Part shown: one piece after another, positions 27,397-36,750 of the stretch
How positions within the stretch are numbered: the stretch's first letter is position 1
Layout of the letters: every line of letters starts with the position of its first letter
Assembly: GCA_040382515.1 (NCBI GenBank)
Contig: JBEIFH010000001.1
Span: 93,579 to 157,578 of the forward strand
Direction of reading: 5' to 3'
Origin: Chlamydiia bacterium
Lineage (GTDB): Bacteria > Chlamydiota > Chlamydiia > Chlamydiales > RGXB01
DNA length: 64,000 bases
Notes under the pieces: generated by a model
The model's input: the letters and a program-made list of their open reading frames with translations, nothing else
Database searches by the model: none
What the model was told of the DNA's origin: nothing
Translations under genes and position numbers: made by a program

Positions 27397-27927
27397 GTGA
27401 ACAGAACTATGGCCTCCGAGTATGCCCGCATACACAAAATCCGCCTTGAGCTAGATCACCTAGATGGGTTTACCCAAGAACAAATTGAAGAAAAAATCAA
27501 TTATCTTAAGGGTCTGCAAATCCAAAAAGACAGTGTTTCCGAGCCTCTTCATCTTGAGGCAAGCCTCGTTTATGTGGATGCACGCACCCTTTTATCTGAA
27601 GAGCTTGAGAAAGATCTGAAAAACCTTTTCTTTTTGAATCGTGTCAAAGAGGACTACACCAACTCTAAAGACCCACAGGTGCAAGCCTATAGGGCCAGCT
27701 TTGCGACAAATCCGAAAGCAAAAAAAATTTTTGAAGAATACATGCAGCTGATCCAAGTAGAAATGCTCTTGGCCAAGTTCCGTTTGGAACAAAACGAGGA
27801 TCATGTGCAAGAGGCCAACGTCTACAGGCTTGAAGGGTTGAAACTTTTATCATCGATGAAAAAAGAAAAAGGGATCTCCCATTTTATTGAGATGCGCCTT
27901 AGGGAGAAGGAAAACCTTTTTGATTAA
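27397..27927 (+). CDS. C-terminal continuation of the preceding TPR protein (same frame), or a separate 176-aa ORF
   Basis: Same reading frame as 25138..27336. The track start is GTG with no Shine-Dalgarno sequence. The 20 codons between the TAA and the GTG read VQGNKKLAYEALNEAVLVSN, which is TPR-like. Confidence 0.4.
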   Translation: MNRTMASEYARIHKIRLELDHLDGFTQEQIEEKINYLKGLQIQKDSVSEPLHLEASLVYVDARTLLSEELEKDLKNLFFLNRVKEDYTNSKDPQVQAYRASFATNPKAKKIFEEYMQLIQVEMLLAKFRLEQNEDHVQEANVYRLEGLKLLSSMKKEKGISHFIEMRLREKENLFD

Positions 27928-30900
27928 ACATTTTTGGAAAAAAATCGTGCGGATACATAAAAGAACCTTCATCACAATTCTTTGGATTAGCTCTTATTCT
28001 TTAAGAGCTTCTTCCATGACGGATGAAATCCAGCTCCCTAAAGAGAGTTTTCAGCCTGAAGTGGAACCTGCTGTATTCCTTTTTCCAAAATCACAAAAAA
28101 TCGAAAACACTTATCTGTTGGATCGAGCTTTCGACAGAATCGATTTGGGGACAAAAAACAGCCTCTCTCCCAAAGAAGTGCTAATAGATCCTAAGTCTCA
28201 AAAGGCACAAACTTTTTTTAATAAAGATCTCAGTACCGGGGAATCGGATCCCGAAGCCCAGATAAAAAAATATTTGCCATCTTCAAGGTCTACTATCCTA
28301 ATTTCTGAAAAAACCTTACCTAGTGAGACTTCAAAAAAGTTGCTGAACGAGGTCTATAATACTGAAAAATCGATCACGAGAGAAGAGACCTCCCCTGTGT
28401 CAATACCTGCAACGCTTCCTCAAATGAAAATAGATTTTTCTGAAACAATACCGTATCAGGAAAATTTTCCCCCTCTAGAGGAAAAAGAAGGATCCAGAAA
28501 GTTTTTGATCGCACACCCGACGTCCTCCCCTAATCCCCTTCTCAGATCATTTAGGCTATACATAGCGCAATTAAAAGAACATATTCAACTCGTCGATGAG
28601 GAATACCTGGTACCTGATCTGTTTTGGAACAGTTCTATTGCCTCCTTTGAGCCGAATTTTTCCAAAGATCCCTTTTTGCTTCATCTCAAAGAACCTAATC
28701 CTGAAATCAATGCCGCCTCCTTTATTCTAGAGAATGAGCCCTCAATTCCTAAAAGCAAACAGGGTTTCAGGATCGCTAAGAATTTCAAATCAAATTTTTG
28801 GGTCGGGCTTAATGAAAGGGATATAAAAAAGGTATCTCTACAACTAAAAGAGACCGATTACAGCTATCTGGAGGCGACTATCGCCTTTGAGGGTCCGATT
28901 TTTTTTATAGAAAAAGGGGAACCCATCTGGTTTGGGGGTCTTGAGAGGGCACCCTTGACCGGGGATAAACCAGAGCTTAAAGTTTCTAATTTCATTTTGG
29001 AAAAGGATCCTTCAGATGATTTTGACCCCCTAAATTTGGAATCTCTAAAAAGCGAGCGGGAGACACAAAGTGCTCTAATTTTAAAAAAAGAGAGCCAAAA
29101 TGGGATGAAAAATGAGGATCTTTCGATTACAACCTCGTCTTTTCAACCTAAAGAGTCTCTAGTCGCCGAGTCGGCTTTCGAAGCTTCAATCTTTGAGACA
29201 AAAACACTTTTGATTGATCCCCCCCCCACCCCTCCATCCATTTTTGAACCGACAAGTTTTGAAGAAGAAAAGATAGAATTGGCGATTCCAAATCAACTCC
29301 TCTCATCGCTTGCAAATCACTCCGTGAAAAAGATCGAGCCTTCTCCTAATGTGAGAGAGCCATTTGCTATGCAGGGTGATACAAACTATTTACAATCACC
29401 TCTCAACCGCATTTTTTGTTGGGCCCGTTATATTTTGGAACTTAATTTCGACTGTTTAAAATCCCCCATCCACTCTTTTTGTGAATATGCATCCGATTGG
29501 ATCGATCCGGTTGAGGAAAAAGTATCTGCATTCCTTTCATTTTTATCTTCAAAACTTGACGTTGCTTCCTCTTTATATTTACCGATTTCGGTTGTAAATA
29601 ACCCTGTATCGCTTGTTTCTACAGAGCAAAAATTTGATAAGATACTCTCTTTAGAGCCGATGTTCCTTTCTTTAGGTATTGTGGAGATCGCAAAAACTTT
29701 CAAACTCGCCCTTTCGACAAAAGAGGCCCAATCGAGCCTTATATCAAGAGAGTTCCTGCAGCACGAGGTTGAGGAGGAGAAGAACATTCTTCCCTTAAAT
29801 GAAAAACTTGAAAAGTCACCATCAGATATGGGTGCAAGATTTTTAGTCTTTCACCATCCGATATTTTTACCTAAAGAGAGGCCCCTGAGCCAAGAAAATA
29901 AGCTTGGAACGTTCCCAAAAGAAACGGGTTTTACCGGTTTTTTAGGTGCTGCCGTTCAAAATACAGATCAAACTTCCCCCCTTTTTTCCCCTCTTGAGAC
30001 TGTATCATCCTACTTCCCCTCAAAAGTTCCGGGAACCAAGAGTCACCTTGAAGAAATTTTCCCAAACAGCATTCTTTTATCTCACATAGATGTCCTCTAT
30101 CCGGGCTTCATTAAAATTTCGGTACAAAAAGAGACGTTGCTGGAGTTATTTGATGCCAATACCGAGATGTTGCTCTCCGATAAGGATCGTTTTGATTTCT
30201 TACCGGGTCAAAAGTTTGCCTCCTCGATCACTTTAGAACATAAAAAAAAGGTTTCCTTTGAACCTCTGCAAAATGAAGTTTGTAACGAAATCGTGATTCA
30301 TAAAATTCAAGTAGAGCTCCCGGTAACACCACAGCAAAAAATCCTTAAAGATTTTCATGGCAATAACCTAAAACTCTTTGATATCCCCTCGATCAACCGT
30401 TCCCTTAGCTCACTCACCGGGACAAAAATGTTGAATCAACAGATGTGCAGGCTCTATTTTTCAATAGACTCTTTCAATAAAATTGCGATGCTAAGTGAAG
30501 ACGTCTCCAAAGATTTCCAAATCAAAGCATCTGGTGCCGCTCTCTCTGCTAAAGAGGGATATGGTATCGAGATAGACCTCGAGTTGCTAGGGACATCAAA
30601 ACCCTCCTTCCTAGATCAGGAAATTCTGTTTATATTGGATGGATCAAGAAACACCCCCGTGGCCCACTTCGAGATCTATAAAACGGCAATATTAAGAAGT
30701 CTCAAAAGTTTCAACCCCGATACCCGCTTCAATATCTATTTTACAGGAAAAAATTTAACAAAATTATTTGACCAGCCCGTGGGTATAAGTCAGGATAAAC
30801 AGATCCTAGCCAAACGCTTTTTAGACCAACTTCAATCCTTTCAAGGTGTCGAGCAGGGTCTTTTGTTAAAAACCTGTACCGATTTAATCCCCAAAGAGGA

Positions 30901-31504
30901 TGATACTAAACTCACCTCGCTAGTCCTTTTATGCGACTCAGTCAAGCCGATAAAGCAACTCACCTATCTAAACGAGGCCAAAAAAATCGTTAGAAAGAAT
31001 CAGGGCAATATACAGATTATCACTGCTACATTGCAGCAAAAAGAAAACCAAGATCTGAAATTTATCTCACTACTTGGAAGCGGCGAAAGCCATATCTTCC
31101 CTTCTGAATCCTCTTTTGTTAGAAAATTCGCATCAATGATCCGCCAGATAAAATACCCTTATCTCACAAATCTTTCCATCACCCCCCTCACAGACGGAGT
31201 CGAAATCATTCCAAATAACCAGATGATCCACCCTATTTTCATCAATAAGGGTTCAAGATTCTACGCTGTCAGCGAAACAAATGAACCCTTTAGCATCCTG
31301 ATTCAGGGGATGTGCGACGGTAAAATTTTCCAGATCCGAAAAGAGATTCGAACAATCAGCAATGAGAGCATCAGGGCAAAAATGAAACAAGAAATTCTAC
31401 AGAAGCGGGCGGCTATGGGCTTTGAAAGCTATATTAAAAAGCAAGACGCCTCAAAGCTCGAGGAGACAAATAAAAGGCTTGAGCTTTTCGATATCCGGCT
31501 TTAA
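27887..31504 (+). CDS. large protein with a C-terminal von Willebrand factor A-like domain (start uncertain)
   Basis: C-terminal region EILFILDGSRNT...RFNIYFTG...LVLLCDS...IQIITATL follows the vWA beta-alpha pattern with a degenerate MIDAS motif. A signal-like segment KRTFITILWISSYSLRASS is near the N-terminus. Candidate starts are TTG 27887, TTG 27920, GTG near 27947 and ATG 28016. Confidence 0.7.
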   Translation: MRCALGRRKTFLIKHFWKKIVRIHKRTFITILWISSYSLRASSMTDEIQLPKESFQPEVEPAVFLFPKSQKIENTYLLDRAFDRIDLGTKNSLSPKEVLIDPKSQKAQTFFNKDLSTGESDPEAQIKKYLPSSRSTILISEKTLPSETSKKLLNEVYNTEKSITREETSPVSIPATLPQMKIDFSETIPYQENFPPLEEKEGSRKFLIAHPTSSPNPLLRSFRLYIAQLKEHIQLVDEEYLVPDLFWNSSIASFEPNFSKDPFLLHLKEPNPEINAASFILENEPSIPKSKQGFRIAKNFKSNFWVGLNERDIKKVSLQLKETDYSYLEATIAFEGPIFFIEKGEPIWFGGLERAPLTGDKPELKVSNFILEKDPSDDFDPLNLESLKSERETQSALILKKESQNGMKNEDLSITTSSFQPKESLVAESAFEASIFETKTLLIDPPPTPPSIFEPTSFEEEKIELAIPNQLLSSLANHSVKKIEPSPNVREPFAMQGDTNYLQSPLNRIFCWARYILELNFDCLKSPIHSFCEYASDWIDPVEEKVSAFLSFLSSKLDVASSLYLPISVVNNPVSLVSTEQKFDKILSLEPMFLSLGIVEIAKTFKLALSTKEAQSSLISREFLQHEVEEEKNILPLNEKLEKSPSDMGARFLVFHHPIFLPKERPLSQENKLGTFPKETGFTGFLGAAVQNTDQTSPLFSPLETVSSYFPSKVPGTKSHLEEIFPNSILLSHIDVLYPGFIKISVQKETLLELFDANTEMLLSDKDRFDFLPGQKFASSITLEHKKKVSFEPLQNEVCNEIVIHKIQVELPVTPQQKILKDFHGNNLKLFDIPSINRSLSSLTGTKMLNQQMCRLYFSIDSFNKIAMLSEDVSKDFQIKASGAALSAKEGYGIEIDLELLGTSKPSFLDQEILFILDGSRNTPVAHFEIYKTAILRSLKSFNPDTRFNIYFTGKNLTKLFDQPVGISQDKQILAKRFLDQLQSFQGVEQGLLLKTCTDLIPKEDDTKLTSLVLLCDSVKPIKQLTYLNEAKKIVRKNQGNIQIITATLQQKENQDLKFISLLGSGESHIFPSESSFVRKFASMIRQIKYPYLTNLSITPLTDGVEIIPNNQMIHPIFINKGSRFYAVSETNEPFSILIQGMCDGKIFQIRKEIRTISNESIRAKMKQEILQKRAAMGFESYIKKQDASKLEETNKRLELFDIRL

Positions 31505-31628
31505 TTTTTATCCAACTGCTACCGTGTACATAAACAAGAAATGTTAATAAAAATTTACAAAATAGTAGCCTAAGCGCTAATCTATATAGTCTTTTAAACC
31601 TTTCGGGCTTCATCTATAGGAGGCAACG

Positions 31629-32171
31629 ATGCACATTCTTGCCGGAGCAAAAAAGGGGATGCGCCTTAACGTCCCGGACGAAGGTACTAGACCCACCACT
31701 AATCTAGTAAAAAAATCGCTCTTCGATTCTATCCACTATTTACTTGAAGGTGCGACCATCCTGGATCTATTTGCCGGAAGCGGGGCTCTGGGCCTTGAGG
31801 CTCTCTCAAGAGGGGCAAAAGAGGCAACCTTTGTTGAAAAAAGCCCTAAAGCCTGTGCTTGTATCAAAAAAAACATCGATACACTCCATTTCACCTCGAT
31901 AGCACACCTTTTTCCACTAGATGTCGAAAAGGCTCTAGTCCAACTCGGCACGTTTGATCTTATTTTTATGGACCCTCCCTACGATCTTGATATCGGTTCT
32001 CTTACAGCAAAAGCTCTGACGCATTTGAAAGAGGGGGGGCTTCTGATTGTCGAACAATCTAAAAGATCTAAATTTCTTGAAAATTTGACCTATGTGAAGA
32101 AAAAAGAGTTTGGCGATACCTTCCTCTACTTTTTTGATTCAAAACATCCAAAACCCCCATGTAATACCTGA
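31629..32171 (+). CDS. rsmD: 16S rRNA (guanine-N2)-methyltransferase RsmD
   Basis: LDLFAGSGALGLEALSRGA SAM-binding motif and DPPY catalytic motif. 180 aa. Confidence 0.85.
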   Translation: MHILAGAKKGMRLNVPDEGTRPTTNLVKKSLFDSIHYLLEGATILDLFAGSGALGLEALSRGAKEATFVEKSPKACACIKKNIDTLHFTSIAHLFPLDVEKALVQLGTFDLIFMDPPYDLDIGSLTAKALTHLKEGGLLIVEQSKRSKFLENLTYVKKKEFGDTFLYFFDSKHPKPPCNT

Positions 32172-32199
32172 AACAAGGATTCCGAAAAGGTCTATTAGT

Positions 32200-33294
32200 T
32201 CAAGATTGGGCCTGCTGGTTTACCGGGAGTTGACGTATTGGCAGGCAGACATATAGAGTTCCTGCAAGAGATAGCACCACCCCGGACGTAAGAGCTATTT
32301 TAGCCCCCAGGGTGTCAGATATCCACCCCCCTAATAGAGGCATTAGTAGACCTCTTGCTCCCACCATAAATACATTTACCATGGTATACCGGCTGCTCTC
32401 CTGATCCTTTGAAAAATAAGGGCCTGAGAGATTCCATATCAGATGGCTTCCGGCTTGGGCTATCCCATAAACAAAATATGCGATAAATAGGAATGCAATC
32501 CCTAAATTCAACATCTGCAGTAAACCCAAAAAGAGGGCAACAAACGAGAAAACGATCCCGGATAAAAACTCATAGCGCGTTTTTTTCATCAATAACCCCC
32601 ACAAAGGGGCGGCAAAGATCATCCCCAACTCCTTTACAGCGCAAGTAGAGGTAAAAAGTGTCGTAAAACAAAATCCTGAACCGGTAAGCAGAGTAGGTAT
32701 AGCGGGCATCGACAACATCAACCCACCCCCACAGAAAAAGTATCCAATCTGAAACTGTAGAAACTCCCGATTTTTTTTTAAAAGGGAGATTCCAATTTTT
32801 AGAGGCTCCACAAAAGAAAAGCGATTTACTACAGTAGCCTGGGGTTCATTTAAAGGAAGGATCTTAAGTTTTGCCTGGAAATAAAGTCCAAAGAGCCCGA
32901 TTGTCGCATAAGCTGGAAATAAATAAATCCATCCCGATTCAAGATGTTCGATCATCCAACCGGTGAAAACCGCCAGGAGGATCCCTTCAATGTACGCTGC
33001 GGTTGTTGCGATTGAGAAACTTGCCTCACGAGCATTTTTATCTAAATTTCTCCTGATAATCTCCATCAGGGCGGGCGATTCTGCCCGATAGAAAAGGGTA
33101 AATACCGCCGAGGCAAAAATTAAAAATCCAATTTTTGGGAATAAAGGGACGAAAAGAAACGGGAAAAGCGAAAGGGCATGAGCGCACATTAAGTTCCATC
33201 TTAAAGATTTTTCATCCGCGTGGATCCATGTTCCCCAGTAAAAAGAAAAAAAACTCAAGACAGGGCGTAGAGTCATTAAGATAGAAATTTGCAA
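32200..33294 (-). CDS. MFS-type transporter (N-terminus probably incomplete as called)
   Basis: Eleven hydrophobic helices counted by eye (5 + 6 around a central loop). The track start is TTG. The frame stays open a further 46 codons upstream and encodes one more TM-like helix, but contains no ATG, GTG or TTG. Confidence 0.7.
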   Translation of the reverse strand: MQISILMTLRPVLSFFSFYWGTWIHADEKSLRWNLMCAHALSLFPFLFVPLFPKIGFLIFASAVFTLFYRAESPALMEIIRRNLDKNAREASFSIATTAAYIEGILLAVFTGWMIEHLESGWIYLFPAYATIGLFGLYFQAKLKILPLNEPQATVVNRFSFVEPLKIGISLLKKNREFLQFQIGYFFCGGGLMLSMPAIPTLLTGSGFCFTTLFTSTCAVKELGMIFAAPLWGLLMKKTRYEFLSGIVFSFVALFLGLLQMLNLGIAFLFIAYFVYGIAQAGSHLIWNLSGPYFSKDQESSRYTMVNVFMVGARGLLMPLLGGWISDTLGAKIALTSGVVLSLAGTLYVCLPIRQLPVNQQAQS

Positions 33295-33415
33295 GGCAGA
33301 TGCTTGCAGATAATTACAAAGAATGAGCCCTAAAACCGAGTGGATCGATATAAAGGGCTCTAAGAGAAGGCTATGAAAGAGAAGGGTCTTTTTTGTTTGA
33401 TTAGCGACCCTCTCG

Positions 33416-35839
33416 CTATAAGGCGTGCTCAGTCACTTTCCCCTTTTCATCTACGGTTTTTTTATAGACAAGGACGTCATTTTCAAAACGTTGCTCTAAA
33501 CGCAGCTTCCCTTCAGCATTAAATTTGTTGAAAAAGCCCGATTTTTTTCCGGTCTCATACTCCCCTTCGAAAATCTTCACCCCGTCCTCAGAATAGCTGA
33601 CACTCACACCCTCTAAAAGGCCGTTTTTATAGAAACAGCGGTTGTATAAGGACCCTGTCGGATAAAACTCCTCGTGCATCCCCTCAAGTACGTCATCCTT
33701 AAAGTAGGATTTCTTAGCCACAATCCCGCTAGGGAAATACTGGATCAATCTCCCGTGTTTGAGATCATTGACATACTCTACAGTCATCAAGACCTTGCCG
33801 GTTTCCCCATAGAGGGCGCTGAGCCCCTCTTTTTTTCCGGCTTTATAGGTTGCCATTGCGACAAGATCCCCGAAAACATTGTACTCGCGCAGCTCCCCAT
33901 CGATTTTTGAATTTTTGAAATCCCCCTCAATAGCCCGCATTTTTACCCCGTCCCCGGAATCTTTATGGTAAACTACGTAAGGCCCCTCCTTTTTGTTCTC
34001 GACGTAGTTGAGAACGGTCTCGCGACCTTCAGCATCCACCGTACTATAGGGTCCATGCAGCTTTCCATTTTCGTACCAGGCCTCTTCGATCTTTAAACCC
34101 TCGAGATTGAATATCGCCTTGAGCCCTTGCAGTACACCTGCATCATAATTGATGACACTTGCCATCAATCCGTTCGGATGGTACGTTCTTTGCTCCCCAT
34201 GGTGAACACCCTCGGAATCGAAACGGATCAATTTCGCTAAAACTGGCTCCCCGTTGAGTTGTGTCCTCTCAAAAAATTCTTTATGTTCACCAATAGGTTT
34301 TCCATCCAAAAACTCCCGGATAAAACGGGGCGTACCATCGGGATAGAACCCTTTGAAGGTCCCCTCATTTTTTCCATCCTTGTAAAACCCAGAAACCGAT
34401 AGGGCCCCACTAGGATAATATTCGCGGTATTCTCCTTCAAACTTATCCTCTTCATACGTCGCATCTAAAAGAATCTGCCCGTTTTCAGCAAATAGTTTGC
34501 AGCACCCCTGCTTTTTTCCATCAGCATAGGTAACCTCCTGTTTGAGTTTACCTCCCTCATACCAAGACAGCCAGCGGCCATTGTTCACATCTGCCTTAAA
34601 TTCCACATCGGCAATCTTTTCACCTTTCTCATTGTACTCGACGTGGCGCCCCTCTTTTTTTCCCTCATTAAAGATGCCCTGCGTGTGCAGTTTCCCATTC
34701 TCAAAATAAGATTTTTGCTCTCCGTCGGGTTTGCCGTTTTTGTAGACTCCTACCAATTTTAGATTTCCATTCGAGTGCCAAGATTCAAATGGGCCTTCAA
34801 AAAGGTCTTTCGAGCGGCGGTACTTAGTAATCAACTGCCCTGATTCGCTATACTCCTGGATAAATCCTTCAATCTCTCCGTTGTCGTTATAATGAGCTTC
34901 AAAGGCGACCTGCCCGTTTTCATGTTTTAAGAAGTGGTGTCCGTGTGGGACCCCTTTATTGAACTGGGCTTGTCCGATAACAGTCCCGTCTTGAGAGCGG
35001 GTCACAATCGATCCGTGGATTTTCCCCTCTTCAAAATGGATTTTCTGACGCTCTTTTCCGTTCGGGTGGTACTGGATATGGGTGTTGACAGGCTGCCCTT
35101 TTTGGAACTGCTGGATCTCTTTGATCCCTTTTTGCTCAAAATAAACTACAAGCGCCGGATTGGAGCCCTCGTTATTGAGCAAGTCATTCGAAAAATTAGC
35201 CACCGAAGCGATCACCCCATTTTCGTACCAAGCGGTCTCTTTCCCCTCTCTTTTTCCATCCTTCCAGAGCGTCACCTTCGCCTTGCGTCCCGAAGGGTAA
35301 TATTGGATCGACTCCCCCTCTTTTTTACCCAAAACAAACCCGGTCTCCTCTAGCTTGGAGCCGTCTTCGAAATACTGGGTGAAAAGGCCTTCCTCGAGGC
35401 CATTTTTGAACTCCCCCTCAAATCTTAGAGCGCCACTTGGGAACAAAACACGCATCTTTCCATGCGGCTTCCCCTCATGATAGTTGTATAACGAGTAGAG
35501 GTTCCCCTCCCGATCTATCTGGACCCGTACCCCATGGTAAACCGGTTTATGATCCACCTCCATCAGGTCTACTTCTTCGCAGATCTGTCCGTTTTCATAG
35601 TAGGAAATCTCCTTGACGGCAACATCTTCCTCAAAAAACCGCACTTTAAAAATCTGACCTGTCGGATGGGTTTTGATGATCATGTTCGTCCATTCCGGAT
35701 GGCGCGGCTTTAAAAGAATCTGCTCTTGGCGCGGCTTTTGGGTCTGACCTAAGGTTCTTGAAGGGACGGCATTGAGGCCATTTGCAAGAAAAACTAGCTG
35801 CAACATCAAAGCCCAAGAAAATCTGTTCATAACGCCCAA
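33416..35839 (-). CDS. MORN-repeat (YwqK-like) protein with signal peptide
   Basis: Roughly 30 tandem repeats of about 23 aa each, such as YYENGQICEE, WYENGVIASV, YFENGKLHTQG, YYPSGRKAKV and WHSNGNLKLVG. N-terminus FSWALMLQLVFLANGLNA. 807 aa. Confidence 0.85.
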   Translation of the reverse strand: MGVMNRFSWALMLQLVFLANGLNAVPSRTLGQTQKPRQEQILLKPRHPEWTNMIIKTHPTGQIFKVRFFEEDVAVKEISYYENGQICEEVDLMEVDHKPVYHGVRVQIDREGNLYSLYNYHEGKPHGKMRVLFPSGALRFEGEFKNGLEEGLFTQYFEDGSKLEETGFVLGKKEGESIQYYPSGRKAKVTLWKDGKREGKETAWYENGVIASVANFSNDLLNNEGSNPALVVYFEQKGIKEIQQFQKGQPVNTHIQYHPNGKERQKIHFEEGKIHGSIVTRSQDGTVIGQAQFNKGVPHGHHFLKHENGQVAFEAHYNDNGEIEGFIQEYSESGQLITKYRRSKDLFEGPFESWHSNGNLKLVGVYKNGKPDGEQKSYFENGKLHTQGIFNEGKKEGRHVEYNEKGEKIADVEFKADVNNGRWLSWYEGGKLKQEVTYADGKKQGCCKLFAENGQILLDATYEEDKFEGEYREYYPSGALSVSGFYKDGKNEGTFKGFYPDGTPRFIREFLDGKPIGEHKEFFERTQLNGEPVLAKLIRFDSEGVHHGEQRTYHPNGLMASVINYDAGVLQGLKAIFNLEGLKIEEAWYENGKLHGPYSTVDAEGRETVLNYVENKKEGPYVVYHKDSGDGVKMRAIEGDFKNSKIDGELREYNVFGDLVAMATYKAGKKEGLSALYGETGKVLMTVEYVNDLKHGRLIQYFPSGIVAKKSYFKDDVLEGMHEEFYPTGSLYNRCFYKNGLLEGVSVSYSEDGVKIFEGEYETGKKSGFFNKFNAEGKLRLEQRFENDVLVYKKTVDEKGKVTEHAL

Positions 35840-35943
35840 AATCTCCAGTAAAATTTAATCTCCCATTCTAATTAAGAAAACGTTTCCATGCAATAGACCT
35901 CTTTATCTACCCCTCCGACTGCTAAATTCTTTTAGAAAAAATA

Positions 35944-36750
35944 TTAGTAGTAATAATTATAGAGGTACTCGTGGATCATCTTTTCCAGGGTATACCTTCG
36001 AGTGTCGTCGACATGGTTCACCTTTATCCTAAAGTGAAAAACATCCTCCGGAAAATCCTTATGGGCTTTTGAAATGTGGGCAAAACGGTCTTCTAGTGAA
36101 AAGAGGGGGTGGTAAAAAGGTTCAATTTTGTGGGTATACATAAAAAATCGTGACAAGGCAAGATCATCCCTGTTGTCGTAAACCGGGGGCAAGTTCACCA
36201 GTGCCACCTTTTGTGAAACCATCAGCCGGACAAGATCTTTTGAGAGAATATAGCATGCACCCCCGACAAAATGCACATCCCCCGTCGCTTTGCCATAAAA
36301 ACTCTTACTGCCGGCAAAACACCTCTTTAAAGGGAGCTTTTCTAAAAAATTGAATAAATTCGGGAGCACCACGAATGAAGATTGATTGGGTCTGATGATA
36401 AAATCAAACTCCTGGAGCCTTGGTAAAAAAACCTCCATCGCATGGATTGTTTTGTCCATGACACCAGGGCATAAACTATCCTTTTCTTTTACCCAAAGGA
36501 CATCCCCCACAAATTTATGATCCACCTCCATGTCCGGATCTGATTTGACAAACCAGCACTCAAAATTTTCGGGAAATTTGTGCATATATCTACGCCACGA
36601 GGTTGTGTGGGCTTTATAGCAAACGAGCTTGTCTGAGGCTGCAATCAATACCAAGTTTTTTTTTGTGGGCTGTTCTGTGCCCGCATTCAATGATAAAAAA
36701 AAGTGACAGATTCCAAAAAAAATAAAGAACGGGCTTGCAAATGCTCTCAT
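35944..36750 (-). CDS. signal-peptide protein with a GT31/Fringe-like glycosyltransferase fold and a non-canonical DxD position
   Basis: The pattern LVLIAAS...TSWRRY...MDKTIHAM...FDFIIRPNQSSFVV...HFVGGACYILSKDLV...DDLALSRF parallels the galactosyltransferase/Fringe family layout. This is a by-eye assignment only. Its ATG shares base 36750 with the upstream pseudopilin stop. Confidence 0.45.
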   Translation of the reverse strand: MRAFASPFFIFFGICHFFLSLNAGTEQPTKKNLVLIAASDKLVCYKAHTTSWRRYMHKFPENFECWFVKSDPDMEVDHKFVGDVLWVKEKDSLCPGVMDKTIHAMEVFLPRLQEFDFIIRPNQSSFVVLPNLFNFLEKLPLKRCFAGSKSFYGKATGDVHFVGGACYILSKDLVRLMVSQKVALVNLPPVYDNRDDLALSRFFMYTHKIEPFYHPLFSLEDRFAHISKAHKDFPEDVFHFRIKVNHVDDTRRYTLEKMIHEYLYNYYY

